From positions 128,001 through 192,000 of the forward strand of contig OZ241841.1 of the NCBI GenBank assembly GCA_965202665.1: a DNA stretch of 64,000 nucleotides, written 5' to 3'. Below the pieces are notes generated by a model. The model saw only the letters and a list, made by a program, of their open reading frames with translations. It was not told the DNA's origin and did no database searches. Made by a program: the position numbers and the translations under genes. How positions within the stretch are numbered: the stretch's first letter is position 1; each line of letters starts with the position of its first letter. Source of the stretch: Candidatus Spongiisociaceae bacterium (GTDB taxonomy: Bacteria; Actinomycetota; Acidimicrobiia; Spongiisociales; Spongiisociaceae). Below are positions 20,205 through 29,720 of the stretch, in pieces.

Positions 20205-20690
20205 CATAATGTGGGTGATGCTTTTTTGGTGGAAGTTGTTGAGGGCGCGGGCGGTGAACGCGGCGACGGTGGTTCCTTTCTCGTCCGGCAACGGTTCGGA
20301 GTAGGCAAGGCGGGTGTAGTCGTCCACTATAGAGTGCACAAAGGTCCATCCCGCTCCCCGGCGGGAGCGTTGCCCCGGCCGCGTATCTTCCATCCCCGCC
20401 GGGGGGGTATGGAAGCAAGATTCTTAACGTCCATATGCAGCAACTCCCCCATCCTGTCCCGTTCATACCGTATCACCCTCTCAGGGCGGGTTTTGAGAGG
20501 CTCGCCGGTCGAACGGGCCGCATCCCCAAAGACACGGCACCCCATGACGGCGGAGGATGCGGCTGATCGTCCGCTCCGGCACCCCCGTAAACACCGACAA
20601 CCGACCCGGCCCCGCCCACAACGCCCGCCGCACCCGCAACACCTGTTCCTCCACCGCCGGGCTGATGGTACGTATGGCACCCTGCCAGAT
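20205..20690 (-). mobile_element. Degenerate IS481-family transposase fragment (at least two frameshifts, truncated)
   Basis: Three frames give SPAVEEQVLRVRR..AGPGRL...GVPERTISRILRRHG (HTH), then IRYERDRMGELLHMDVK, then FVHSIVDDYTRLAYSE.LPDEKG (rve core). Confidence 0.82.
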
Positions 20691-20715
20691 TCCCAGTCGT
20701 TGGCGTGATTGGTGC

Positions 20716-20922
20716 CTAAAGATCAGATTCTTTGATCCCCGCCAATTTCATTATATGTCTCTGCAGACCTGGTTTCAGATCGCGATTTCCGTGTACGGGA
20801 ACAGATATGTTCACCTTCGTCTTCGGCTCATAATACACATAATGACTGCCTCTTATGTTTTTCAGGATGCAACCGTGCTCGTCGAGAACCTTGCACATCC
20901 TTTTTCCGCTTATGATTTTCAA
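20716..20922 (-). CDS. hicA: HicA family mRNA interferase toxin
   Basis: RGSH, VPVH..DLKPG motifs; 68 aa. Confidence 0.88.
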   Translation of the reverse strand: MKIISGKRMCKVLDEHGCILKNIRGSHYVYYEPKTKVNISVPVHGNRDLKPGLQRHIMKLAGIKESDL

Positions 20923-21143
20923 ACTGCGACCTCCACTTTGCTACCTAGCCCAGGGGTGAACTCCGCGACCTGCTCTTGCTTGTCATCCATTTGGACAGCT
21001 ACGCTGAGTACCGCTATAATAGCTTCTTTTATGTTGTAAATCATTTCTTCCAGGGTGTCGCCTTGCGAGCAGCAACCGGGCAGATCGGGCACCTCCGCCC
21101 AGAACCCGCCGTCTTCCTCGTGTATGATGACGGTAAATTTCAT
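20919..21143 (-). CDS. hicB: HicB family antitoxin (short form, no DNA-binding domain)
   Basis: EEDGGFWAEVPDLPGCCSQGDTLEE..NIKEAI. Overlaps hicA (hicBA order). Confidence 0.88.
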   Translation of the reverse strand: MKFTVIIHEEDGGFWAEVPDLPGCCSQGDTLEEMIYNIKEAIIAVLSVAVQMDDKQEQVAEFTPGLGSKVEVAV

Positions 21144-21203
21144 CCCTGTGCTTCCCTTTCCTTGGGTATTTCTCGACTATATTAGCATACGCGGAGGGTT
21201 GGG

Positions 21204-23906
21204 TTAGGCGGGGGCGGGGGTTTCTAGGTCTTCAGCCGTCATTAGGACTTCTCGGGCTTTGGAGCCTTCGGAGGGGCCCACTACGCCCTGTTGCTCAAGG
21301 ATGTCCATTACCCGTCCCGCACGGGCGAAGCCGATGCGCAGTTTGCGTTGCAACATGGACGTGGAGCCTAGTTGCGAGCGCACCACCAGCTCGGTGGCCT
21401 GCTTCACCAACGCCGCCTCTTCGTCGTCTATTTCTTCGGCGGCGGCGGCCGCGGCCTCCTCTTTGGCGGCCGTCACCTCCTCGGAAATCTTCTTGTAGTC
21501 CGCCTCCCGCTGTTCGGCCGACCACTTCACCACCGCCCGCACCTCGTCTTCCCCCACCCACGCCCCCTGCACCCGTTGCGGACGCGGCTCGCGGGCGGTA
21601 ACCAGCAGCATGTCCCCCATTCCCACCAGTTTGTCCGCCCCCACCGAATCGATGATCACCCGGGAGTCGGTCTGGGAAGCCACCGCAAAAGCCATACGGC
21701 TGGGCACGTTGGCTTTGATGACCCCGGTGATCACGTTCACCGACGGGCGCTGCGTGGCGATCACCAAATGAATCCCCACCGCCCGGGCCATCTGGGCGAT
21801 GCGGACGATGGCGCTCTCCACCTCCCGCCCGGCCACCATCATCAGATCGTTCAACTCGTCGATCAGCACCACCAGATAGGGGAACCGGTCAAACCCTTCC
21901 TCCGGCAACTCTTTTTTGTCGAACTTGTCCTGGTAGCCGATGATGTCCCGCACCCCCGCCTCGGCCAGCAGGTCGTAGCGCCGGTCCATCTCCGCCACCG
22001 CCCACTGCAAAGCCTCCACCGCCTTCTTCGGACTGGTTATCACCTTCGTCAGCAGATGGGGCACCCCGTTGTACTGCCCCAGCTCCACCCGCTTCGGATC
22101 CACCATTATCAGCCGCATGTCATCGGGGCGGGTGCGCACCAGCAACGACGTGACAATGGAATTGATGCAGGACGATTTGCCCGCCCCGGTCGCCCCGGCG
22201 ATCAGCACATGGGGCAGCTCGGACAGGTTGGCCAGCACCGGCTTCCCCGAAATGTCCTCCCCCAGGCCGACCGTCAGCGGATGGGTGAGGGCCTTGGCTT
22301 CTTTGGAGGCCAGCACATCGCCCAAAGTGACCAGGCGGCGGTCCGGGTTGGGCACTTCCACCCCGATGGCCGACCGGCCGGGAATGGGGGCCAGCATCCG
22401 CACGTCCGGCGTGGCCATGGCGTAGGCGATGTCCCCGGACAGGTTGGTCACCCGCGACACTTTCACCCCCGGGGCCAACTCGATCTCATAGCGGGTGACG
22501 GTCGGGCCGGCCACCACGTTGGTCAGCCGGGCGTCCACCTGATGCTGGCGCAAAGTGTTCTCCAACTGCCGGGCGGTCTGTTCCAGCATATTGCGGTCCG
22601 GGCCCCCGCCCGACGCCCCCCGATTCAGCATTTTCAACGGAGGCAACCGGTACCCTTTGGAGGATTTGGCGACGGCGGGTTTGGGAGCGGGAGCAGCCTC
22701 GCCGCTAGTCTCACCCTTAACTTGACCGTTAGGCGAGGGGGGCTTTGGTGAGTTCGCCGCCGCTTGTGCGGCAACGGTAACTGCGGAATCCTGGGCCGGA
22801 GGGGCCTTGGCCTGTCCGTTGGCGGCGGGATGCCCGGCATGCCCGGCTTGATAACCTTGAAGCGGAGGTTGAGGGCGGGCCGCCTGGGGGGGATGCGCCC
22901 GGGCGGCCGGGGCCGGGGGACGCTGACGGTAACGGGCCGGGTTGGGACGCAGCCGCTGACGGAAGGCCTCCCGGCTTTGCCCCAAACGTTTGAACATGTA
23001 GGAGGTCAACTCCACCGCCGCCCTCACCACCTGTCCCAGGGAGGTGCGGCACACCACCAGCACCCCGGTCATCGTCAAAGCGGTGATCACCAAAAAAGCC
23101 CCCCAAAAGCCCATCAGGCGGTGCAGCGGGAAAGCGAGCAAGGCCCCGAGGGCCCCGCCCCTTTCCCGCACCGCCTCTATGTTCCCCGCTAAAGCCACGT
23201 TGCCGGTCATTAGATGAAAGAGCGCCAACGAGCCGACCAAAGTCAACAGCACGCCGAAAAATACCCGGCGATACTGATCTCGAAAGCGCCCCAGCAGCAA
23301 CACGACTCCCAAACCGACTAAAACGGCCGGGGAGACATATACCCAAACACCCGCCAGGAAGCGGAATGTAGACAACATCCATGCGCCCAAAGGGCCCGCC
23401 TTCCCCCAAAACGACAGAAAAGCCAGCAGGCCGGATACTATCAAGGCCAGGCTCATCACGTCCCGGGGTTGGCGGACTAAACCAAAGCGAATACGGTCCC
23501 GCATCGCCCGCCACAAGGAGGGGCGGGCATCCCGGGCCGAAGCGGCCCCGCCGGAGCGGGAAGTTTCCGACCGGTTGCGGGAAGGGGAAGAGGGGGAATC
23601 TTTACGGGAACCGGTCGAACGGGCAGCGGCGCGGCCGGGGGCCGCTCCGCTGCGGGATGCGGACGACCGGGCGGAGGGGTTGCGGGAAGCAGAGGAACGA
23701 GCGGAAGCGGCGCGGTTGCGGGAAGCCTTAGAACTAGCGGAACTGCGGGAACGGGAAGAAGCGGCCGTACGCGACCGGCCCGCGCCGGACGGCGGAGAAC
23801 GCCGCGCGGCGGTTTTGGCGCCCGCCCGGGCGCCCGGTTTTTTAGCAGTTGTCTGGGACACCCGTCTCCGCCCCGCGCCCTTACGGGTAGGTGTCGTCTT
23901 GGGCAT
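21204..23906 (-). CDS. ftsK: DNA translocase FtsK
   Basis: TM region, IAGATGAGKS, LVIATQRPSV, C-terminal gamma domain (STSMLQRKLRIGFARAGR). Start placed at ATG 23906. Confidence 0.96.
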   Translation of the reverse strand: MPKTTPTRKGAGRRRVSQTTAKKPGARAGAKTAARRSPPSGAGRSRTAASSRSRSSASSKASRNRAASARSSASRNPSARSSASRSGAAPGRAAARSTGSRKDSPSSPSRNRSETSRSGGAASARDARPSLWRAMRDRIRFGLVRQPRDVMSLALIVSGLLAFLSFWGKAGPLGAWMLSTFRFLAGVWVYVSPAVLVGLGVVLLLGRFRDQYRRVFFGVLLTLVGSLALFHLMTGNVALAGNIEAVRERGGALGALLAFPLHRLMGFWGAFLVITALTMTGVLVVCRTSLGQVVRAAVELTSYMFKRLGQSREAFRQRLRPNPARYRQRPPAPAARAHPPQAARPQPPLQGYQAGHAGHPAANGQAKAPPAQDSAVTVAAQAAANSPKPPSPNGQVKGETSGEAAPAPKPAVAKSSKGYRLPPLKMLNRGASGGGPDRNMLEQTARQLENTLRQHQVDARLTNVVAGPTVTRYEIELAPGVKVSRVTNLSGDIAYAMATPDVRMLAPIPGRSAIGVEVPNPDRRLVTLGDVLASKEAKALTHPLTVGLGEDISGKPVLANLSELPHVLIAGATGAGKSSCINSIVTSLLVRTRPDDMRLIMVDPKRVELGQYNGVPHLLTKVITSPKKAVEALQWAVAEMDRRYDLLAEAGVRDIIGYQDKFDKKELPEEGFDRFPYLVVLIDELNDLMMVAGREVESAIVRIAQMARAVGIHLVIATQRPSVNVITGVIKANVPSRMAFAVASQTDSRVIIDSVGADKLVGMGDMLLVTAREPRPQRVQGAWVGEDEVRAVVKWSAEQREADYKKISEEVTAAKEEAAAAAAEEIDDEEAALVKQATELVVRSQLGSTSMLQRKLRIGFARAGRVMDILEQQGVVGPSEGSKAREVLMTAEDLETPAPA

Positions 23907-23959
23907 GCGCGGGCCAGTATAACACCTGCTTGGGACAACGCAAAGCATTATCCCGGGGA

Positions 23960-25603
23960 TTACACCTCCTGCGCTACGGCCACCACCTCCGGGCGGCGCC
24001 CGGTTTCCGACTTGATCGCCTTGCGCACCGCCCTTTTCACGGCCGCCTCCAAACCCTCCGGCCCCCCCTCCGCGTAATCGTCGGCGAAGGCGTCCGCCGC
24101 CGCCGCGGCCGCCTCAGAGGCCAGCGCCAGCACCGCCCCGTCCTCGTCGGCGAACCCGCGGCTGACCAAGCGCGGCCTGCCCGCCAACCGGCCGGTGTCG
24201 TAATCCACCGCCACCGCCGCCACCACCGCCCCATCGTCGCTCAGCCGCCCCCGCTCGGCCAGCAACTCCTCCCGCACGTCCCCCACCCCGGAGCCGTCCA
24301 CGTACACCAGGCCGGCGTCCAAAGTCCCCCGTTCCGCCACGGTGCGGTCGCCGTCGATCACCACCGCGTCCCCGTCCTCCAACACCAGCACCTCCGGCGT
24401 CCCCATCGCCTCCCCCAGCCCGGCGTGGGCCCGCAGATGCCGGAACTCCCCGTGCACCGGCACCAACGTTTGCGGGCGAACCACGTTCAGCAAAATCTTC
24501 AACTCTTCGGCCGCGGCGTGCCCGGACACATGCACATGGGCGTTGCGTCCGTGGAAAACCCGCGCCCCTCTCCGCATCAGGTCGGAGATGACCCGGGAAG
24601 TGGAGGTTTCGTTGCCGGGAATGGGGGTGGCGGAGATGATCACGGTGTCGGTCGGGTCGATGTCCACCCAGCGGTGGCGGCCGGCGGCCATCTTCGTCAA
24701 AGCGGAAAAAGGCTCCCCCTGGGAACCGGTGGTGACGATCAGCGCCCGGTGCGGGGGCAGTTCCAACGCTTCGTCCACCGCAACCACCCTGCCTTCGGGC
24801 AGATCCAGCGCCCCCAGCTCCCCGGCGATGCGCACGTTGCGCTCCATGGACCTCCCCAGAAAAGCCAGATAACGGTCGTCTTCCAAACCGGCGTCGGCGA
24901 TTTGCTGCACGCGATGCAGGTGGCTGGCGAAACAGGTGGCGATCACCCGCCCCGGGGCCTCCCGGATGAGGCTCCGCATGGAAGCCGCCAGCGTCCGCTC
25001 CGAAGGAACCACCCCTTCCCGTTCGGCGTTGGTGGAGTCGGACAGGAGCAACCGCACCCCCATCTCCCCCAGCCGGGCGAAGGCGGGCAGGTCGGTGGGG
25101 CGGGAGTCGATGGGGGTGGGATCCAGTTTGAAATCCCCGGTGTGCACCACCAGCCCCTCCGGCGTGTCGAAAGCCACCCCGCACCCTTCCGGCACCGAAT
25201 GGGAAACCGGGATCATCATAAACCGAAACGGGCCCTCCTCCACCCAGTCCCCGGCGGGGGTCACCCGGAAATCCTTCGGCGCCCCCAGCTCCTCCACCCG
25301 CCCGGCGGCGATGGCCAGGGCCAGTTCCGTTCCGTAGACCGGCACGTTGCATTCCCGCAGAAAATACCCCAGCCCGCCCATGTGGTCTTCGTGGGCGTGG
25401 GTGAGGATGACGCACCGCACGTCGTCGCCCCGTTGCTCCAGCAGCCCCCGCCAGTCGGGCAACACCAAATCCACCCCCCACATGTCCTCTTCGGGAAACA
25501 TCAGGCCGCAGTCGATCATGGCGATGCGGCCTTCCACTTCCAAGAAGGCGCAGTTGCGCCCCACTTCGCCGAGGCCGCCCAGGAAACCGACCCGAATGCT
25601 CAC
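23960..25603 (-). CDS. rnj: Ribonuclease J
   Basis: LGGLGEVGRN, THAHEDH, TGDFK, HVSGHA, VPVHGE. Confidence 0.95.
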   Translation of the reverse strand: MSIRVGFLGGLGEVGRNCAFLEVEGRIAMIDCGLMFPEEDMWGVDLVLPDWRGLLEQRGDDVRCVILTHAHEDHMGGLGYFLRECNVPVYGTELALAIAAGRVEELGAPKDFRVTPAGDWVEEGPFRFMMIPVSHSVPEGCGVAFDTPEGLVVHTGDFKLDPTPIDSRPTDLPAFARLGEMGVRLLLSDSTNAEREGVVPSERTLAASMRSLIREAPGRVIATCFASHLHRVQQIADAGLEDDRYLAFLGRSMERNVRIAGELGALDLPEGRVVAVDEALELPPHRALIVTTGSQGEPFSALTKMAAGRHRWVDIDPTDTVIISATPIPGNETSTSRVISDLMRRGARVFHGRNAHVHVSGHAAAEELKILLNVVRPQTLVPVHGEFRHLRAHAGLGEAMGTPEVLVLEDGDAVVIDGDRTVAERGTLDAGLVYVDGSGVGDVREELLAERGRLSDDGAVVAAVAVDYDTGRLAGRPRLVSRGFADEDGAVLALASEAAAAAADAFADDYAEGGPEGLEAAVKRAVRKAIKSETGRRPEVVAVAQEV

Positions 25604-26484
25604 AGGGCCTGCGCCAACCCCACCGCCGCCGTCACCGACTCGCGGGTGGATTCAAGGGCGGCCGCCAGCGGGAGGCGGGGGTCTCCCACCGGCTCCCACA
25701 GCGCGCTCAGCCCGGCCCGGGTCGGCATCGGATTGGGTTCTATGAAACACGCTTCGAAAAGGGGCATCAGGCCGTTGTGCAACCGTTCCGCCTCCGCCCG
25801 GTCGCCGGCCAGAAACGCCTCCACCATGGCTTTGATCTGGCGGCCCGCGAAGTGGGAGGCCACTGAAATCACCCCCGCCGCCCCCGCTTCCATCAGGGGG
25901 AGGGTGACCGAATCGGTGCCGGAGTAGATGGCGACCTCGTCGGGCATCGCCGCCCGGCTTTCCTCGGTGAACCGCACGTCCTCCACTGCGTCTTTGACGG
26001 CCGCCACTTGGGGATGGCGGGCGATTTCGGCCAAGGTTTCCACTTCTATCAGGCGGGCGGCGCGCCCCGGAATGTTGTAGACGATGAGCGGCAGGTCGGT
26101 GGCTTCGGCCACCGCGTGGAAATGGGCGGCCAAACCCCGTTGCGGGGGGCGGGAATAGTAGGGGGTGACGGCCATTATCCCATCCGCTCCGGCGTCGGCC
26201 GCCCGCCGCGACATTTCCACCGAATGGGCGGTGTCGTAGGTTCCGGTTCCTGCCACCACCGCCGCCCGCGCCCCCACCGCCTCCGCCACCGTGGAATACA
26301 AGGCCAGTTTTTCGGCGTCGGACAGGGTGGGCGACTCGCCGGTGGTGCCGCTGACCACCAGGCCGTCGGAACCGTTGTCCACCAGGTAGCGGGCCAGGCG
26401 GGCGGTGCGCTCGTAGTCGACTGAACCGTCGGGGGCGAAGGGGGTGATCATGGCGGTCAGCATCGAACCGAAGGGGCTGGTCAT
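25600..26484 (-). CDS. dapA: 4-hydroxy-tetrahydrodipicolinate synthase
   Basis: GTTGESPTL, YNIPGR, AVKDA, EPNP.P. Conserved dapA-rnj-ftsK order. Confidence 0.95.
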   Translation of the reverse strand: MTSPFGSMLTAMITPFAPDGSVDYERTARLARYLVDNGSDGLVVSGTTGESPTLSDAEKLALYSTVAEAVGARAAVVAGTGTYDTAHSVEMSRRAADAGADGIMAVTPYYSRPPQRGLAAHFHAVAEATDLPLIVYNIPGRAARLIEVETLAEIARHPQVAAVKDAVEDVRFTEESRAAMPDEVAIYSGTDSVTLPLMEAGAAGVISVASHFAGRQIKAMVEAFLAGDRAEAERLHNGLMPLFEACFIEPNPMPTRAGLSALWEPVGDPRLPLAAALESTRESVTAAVGLAQAL

Positions 26485-26569
26485 ATTACGCTTCCTCCCC
26501 GAAGCCGCCGGGCGCCCGCGGGCGCGGGCCGCCTCCAATCTACCAGCCGGGCGAACCGCCGCCGGGGCA

Positions 26570-27079
26570 CTACTGCCCGGCCCGGCCGGCGGCCGCCAGC
26601 AACGGCCGGGGGGTGACGTACATTTCCAACTCGGCCGTCCCCCAGGCCGCCTCGGCCAGGGAGGAGCCGGGCGTCGCCAGGCAGGCCAGGGCGGCGGTGG
26701 GCATTCCCAGCATCCCCCCGGTGAGACGGCTGGCCGTCAGCGACATGGCCGGGTTGTGACCCACCACCAGCAACCGCTCCGCCTCTCCCTCCTCCCGCGC
26801 CATGGCCAGGACGTCCTCCGGTCCCGCCCCGTACAGTTCGGGAACCTCCCGGATTTCCGCCTCCCATTGGCCGGCGGCGGCGGCCAGGCGGACCGTGTTC
26901 GCCGCCCGCGTCGCGTTGGAGGACAGAATCAGATCGGGGATCAGGCCGTGCGCGGCGACGAAGCTCCCGATGGCCTGCGCGGAACGCACCCCCCGCCGGT
27001 TGAGGGGGCGGTCGCGGTCGCTGCCGTATTCGGCGTCCCAGTCCGATTTGGCGTGGCGGAGCAACATCAGGTTGGCCAT
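26570..27079 (-). CDS. SixA-like histidine phosphatase
   Basis: LLRHAKS, DRPLNRRG, VGHNP. Confidence 0.88.
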   Translation of the reverse strand: MANLMLLRHAKSDWDAEYGSDRDRPLNRRGVRSAQAIGSFVAAHGLIPDLILSSNATRAANTVRLAAAAGQWEAEIREVPELYGAGPEDVLAMAREEGEAERLLVVGHNPAMSLTASRLTGGMLGMPTAALACLATPGSSLAEAAWGTAELEMYVTPRPLLAAAGRAGQ

Positions 27080-27127
27080 GCTATGACAATAGCCCGCCCG
27101 GACGGCCGGAAGCTGGAACCGCCCGGT

Positions 27128-27655
27128 TCACCGCGCGGTGCGGTCCGCCGGCACCAGGCGCAGACCGGCCGACGGGGAGCGGGGCAGGCACCCCAGCCGG
27201 GGGGCGGGATCCACGTACGTCCCGTTGATGCGCACCGAAAAATGGAGGGTGGGATAGGGCAGGCCGGAATGCGAACGTCCGTCCGCCTCGCCCAGGGGCT
27301 GGCCGCGGGCCACCCGTTGCCCTTTAGCCACCTGCGACCGGGCCAGGTAGGAGTAACTGGTTTTCAACCCGCCTCCATGGTCCACGGTGACGGTGCGGTT
27401 GCCGGCCACCGTCCCGGAGAAGGAGACCACTCCCCCGGCCGCGGCCCGCACCGGTTCGTCGCCGACGGCCGCCAGGTCCAGGCCCCAATGTCCTCCGTAG
27501 CCGGGCCCCGGCTGGTAGCCGGCGGTTTCCTCCCCAGAAACCGGCTTCTCCAAACCCACGCAGGAAGTTCCCCCGCCGGCTCCCCCGGCTCCGTCCGCCC
27601 CCGCCCACATCCCGGCCAAGAGCGCCGCCATCCCCAATGCCAACATACGTCGCAT
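27128..27655 (-). CDS. Secreted M23 family metallopeptidase
   Basis: Signal peptide, GHWGLDL, TVDHGGG..TSYSYL, LHFSVR. GGAGG RBS before ATG 27655. Confidence 0.87.
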   Translation of the reverse strand: MRRMLALGMAALLAGMWAGADGAGGAGGGTSCVGLEKPVSGEETAGYQPGPGYGGHWGLDLAAVGDEPVRAAAGGVVSFSGTVAGNRTVTVDHGGGLKTSYSYLARSQVAKGQRVARGQPLGEADGRSHSGLPYPTLHFSVRINGTYVDPAPRLGCLPRSPSAGLRLVPADRTAR

Positions 27656-27685
27656 AGTCTTTCCTCCCACCCCCGTCATTCTCCT

Positions 27686-27714
27686 AACATACCCGGTCTC
27701 CCGCCGCTTCACAA
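27686..27714 (-). promoter_or_regulatory. Putative sigma-A promoter of the M23 gene
   Basis: TTGTGA-17 nt-TATGTT on the minus strand. Confidence 0.55.
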
Positions 27715-27807
27715 GGGGGTCTTATCCGCCGAATCTTTCTTACTAGGAGGACTAGGAGACAGGCGGCCAAGGGCGGGAAGCAGGTTCAGGCCAACGGGAT
27801 CAGGCCG

Positions 27808-28245
27808 CTCAAGCCGACCAAAAAACCTATATTCGAACTTCGCGTTCTAAGAAAACTTTTCGCGTTCTCAAAAATTGGGGGGGCCCCGCCCGCCCCCCGC
27901 CCTCCCGCCCCTAACGTACGGTGGTTTTTCGAGAAATTCAAGGGGGCCGATAGAGATATTTTTCGCGTTCCGGGGGCTGGCTAACTGGTCAGCGGGTACG
28001 CATTTTCGAAGTGGCGGCTGAAGGCCGGGCAGTTCCGATCAAAATGTTGCCACGCCCCTCAGGCCGGCCAAAAAACCTATATTCGGACTTCGCGTTCTAA
28101 GAAAACTTTTCGCGTTCTCAAAAATTGGGGGGCCCGCCCGCCCCCCGCCCTCCCGCCCCTAACGTACGGTGGTTTTTCGAGAAATTCAAGGGGGCCGATA
28201 GAGATATTTTTCGCGTTCCGGGGACTGGCTAACTGGTCGGCGGGT
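27808..28245. repeat. Two near-identical ~190-bp direct repeats (27808-27997 and 28058-28245) separated by a 60-bp spacer
   Basis: Both copies read ...ccaaaaaacctatattcg(a/g)acttcgcgttctaagaaaacttttcgcgttctcaaaaattggg...ctaacgtacggtggtttttcgagaaattcaagggggccgatagagatatttttcgcgttccgggg(g/a)ctggctaactggtc(a/g)gcgggt. Confidence 0.95.
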
Positions 28246-28279
28246 TTTTTTGGGGGGATCTAACGGGTTGGCGTTTCGG

Positions 28280-29719
28280 CTAACTTCGCGGCGGGGCGGC
28301 TGGGGTCGGGGGCGGGGTTCGGCGGGGGGCGCCCGCCATTTCTATGAAATCGCGTAGTTGGCGCAGGTTGCGCACCTCGTAGGTTCCGTCGCAGTGGTTG
28401 GCGTAGGTTTCCATTACCGAATCTCCGGTATTCCAGTAGGCGCGCGGCTCCGGGTTCAGCCAATACAGGGCCCGGGCCCGTTCCCTTATTTGGCCTAAGG
28501 TTTCCGCTCGGGGGCGGCGGTAGTTGTTGCGGGCGTCGCCGGTGATGATGACCGTGGTGCGGGAAGTTAGGTCGTCCCCGTAGCGGTCGCGGAACATTTC
28601 CAGTGAATTTCCGTAGTCGGAATGTCCGTCCAGCCATACCACTTCCGTTTCGGCGGTCACCGCCCGCAACGCAGTTTCGAAGTCCGCTCCTTGGGTGAAG
28701 AAGCGGGTGGCTTCGTCTAGGGCGTCCACGAACACGAAAGAGCGCAACCGGCTGAACTGGCCGGACATGGCGTATACGAACTGGAGGGTGAAACGGGAGA
28801 AGGTGGCCATGGAGCCGCTCATGTCGCACAGCAGCATTATTTCCGGACGGGAAACGAACGGGTTGCGGAAAACCGGATCGATGGGGGTTCCGCCCGTTGC
28901 GAGAGAGCGGCGCATGGTGCGGCGGAAATCCAGCCGTCCGGTTCGCAACCGTTTGCGGCGGGAGGCTAGGCGGGAGGCCAGTTTGCGGGTTAGCGGATAC
29001 ACCGCCGACTCGATGCGGGCCAAATCCACCCGGGTGGCGTGCATCAGGTCCAAATCTTCCGCTAAGGGGACGCGCAAGGTGCGGGCCACCGCCTCCCGTC
29101 CCCGGTCGGCCACCAATCTCCTCCGGATCTCGGCCCGCACCTCCTCCCGGAACCGTTCCAGACGGGCCTCCAACTCGTCGCGGCGCACCGCCCCGTCCAA
29201 ACCCCGCCCCTCCCAGCTGGCCGCCATCTCCTCCAGCAACTCGTCCACCGACAGGCGGCGCAACGTGCGGTACAAATAGTAGGCCCCGCCCACCGGACGC
29301 CCCCGTTCCATCCCCGCCAAGCCGTCCACCGCCATCCGGGCCAGGCGGCGCATCGCCTCCCCGTCCCCCCCGGCCAGGGCGGCGGCCAGCATTTCCCGCA
29401 ACCTGTCCGCCGCCTCCCCCTCCCCTCCCCCCCCTCTCCCCTGTCCGGGCGGGAGCCGGGGGGAAACCCCTTCCGGGGGCGGGTCGTCGGCCGGCGGGCG
29501 GGGGCGGTCGAAGGCGAAAAACACTTCGAAGGCCGTGTCGAAGGCCGGCTGGTGGCCGGCGTTTTTGACCAGGGTGGCCGCCAAGGCCGATTTGAAGGCG
29601 GAGCGGTCGGACAGGTCGATGGCCGACAGGGCCCGCAAGGCGTCGATCGACTCCACCATGGAAGCGGGCACCCCCGCCTCCCGCAGTTCGCGGATGAAAC
29701 CGGTCAGGACCTCCAGCAT
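28280..29719 (-). CDS. VWA domain protein (CoxE-like)
   Basis: GRLDFRRTMRRS, MIDAS motif CDMSGSM, SDYG, ITGDARNN, WLNPEP. Confidence 0.88.
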   Translation of the reverse strand: MLEVLTGFIRELREAGVPASMVESIDALRALSAIDLSDRSAFKSALAATLVKNAGHQPAFDTAFEVFFAFDRPRPPADDPPPEGVSPRLPPGQGRGGGGEGEAADRLREMLAAALAGGDGEAMRRLARMAVDGLAGMERGRPVGGAYYLYRTLRRLSVDELLEEMAASWEGRGLDGAVRRDELEARLERFREEVRAEIRRRLVADRGREAVARTLRVPLAEDLDLMHATRVDLARIESAVYPLTRKLASRLASRRKRLRTGRLDFRRTMRRSLATGGTPIDPVFRNPFVSRPEIMLLCDMSGSMATFSRFTLQFVYAMSGQFSRLRSFVFVDALDEATRFFTQGADFETALRAVTAETEVVWLDGHSDYGNSLEMFRDRYGDDLTSRTTVIITGDARNNYRRPRAETLGQIRERARALYWLNPEPRAYWNTGDSVMETYANHCDGTYEVRNLRQLRDFIEMAGAPRRTPPPTPAAPPRS

Positions 29720-29720
29720 C

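Noticed and set aside
23560-23900. SARSSASR-type repeats in the FtsK N-terminus
   Set aside because: Ordinary low-complexity basic N-terminal region, common in actinobacterial FtsK.
27808-28245. CRISPR array or LexA boxes in the duplicated region
   Set aside because: Units of ~190 bp are far too long for CRISPR repeats, and GAAC-N5-GTTC has the wrong spacing for LexA and is lost in copy 2.
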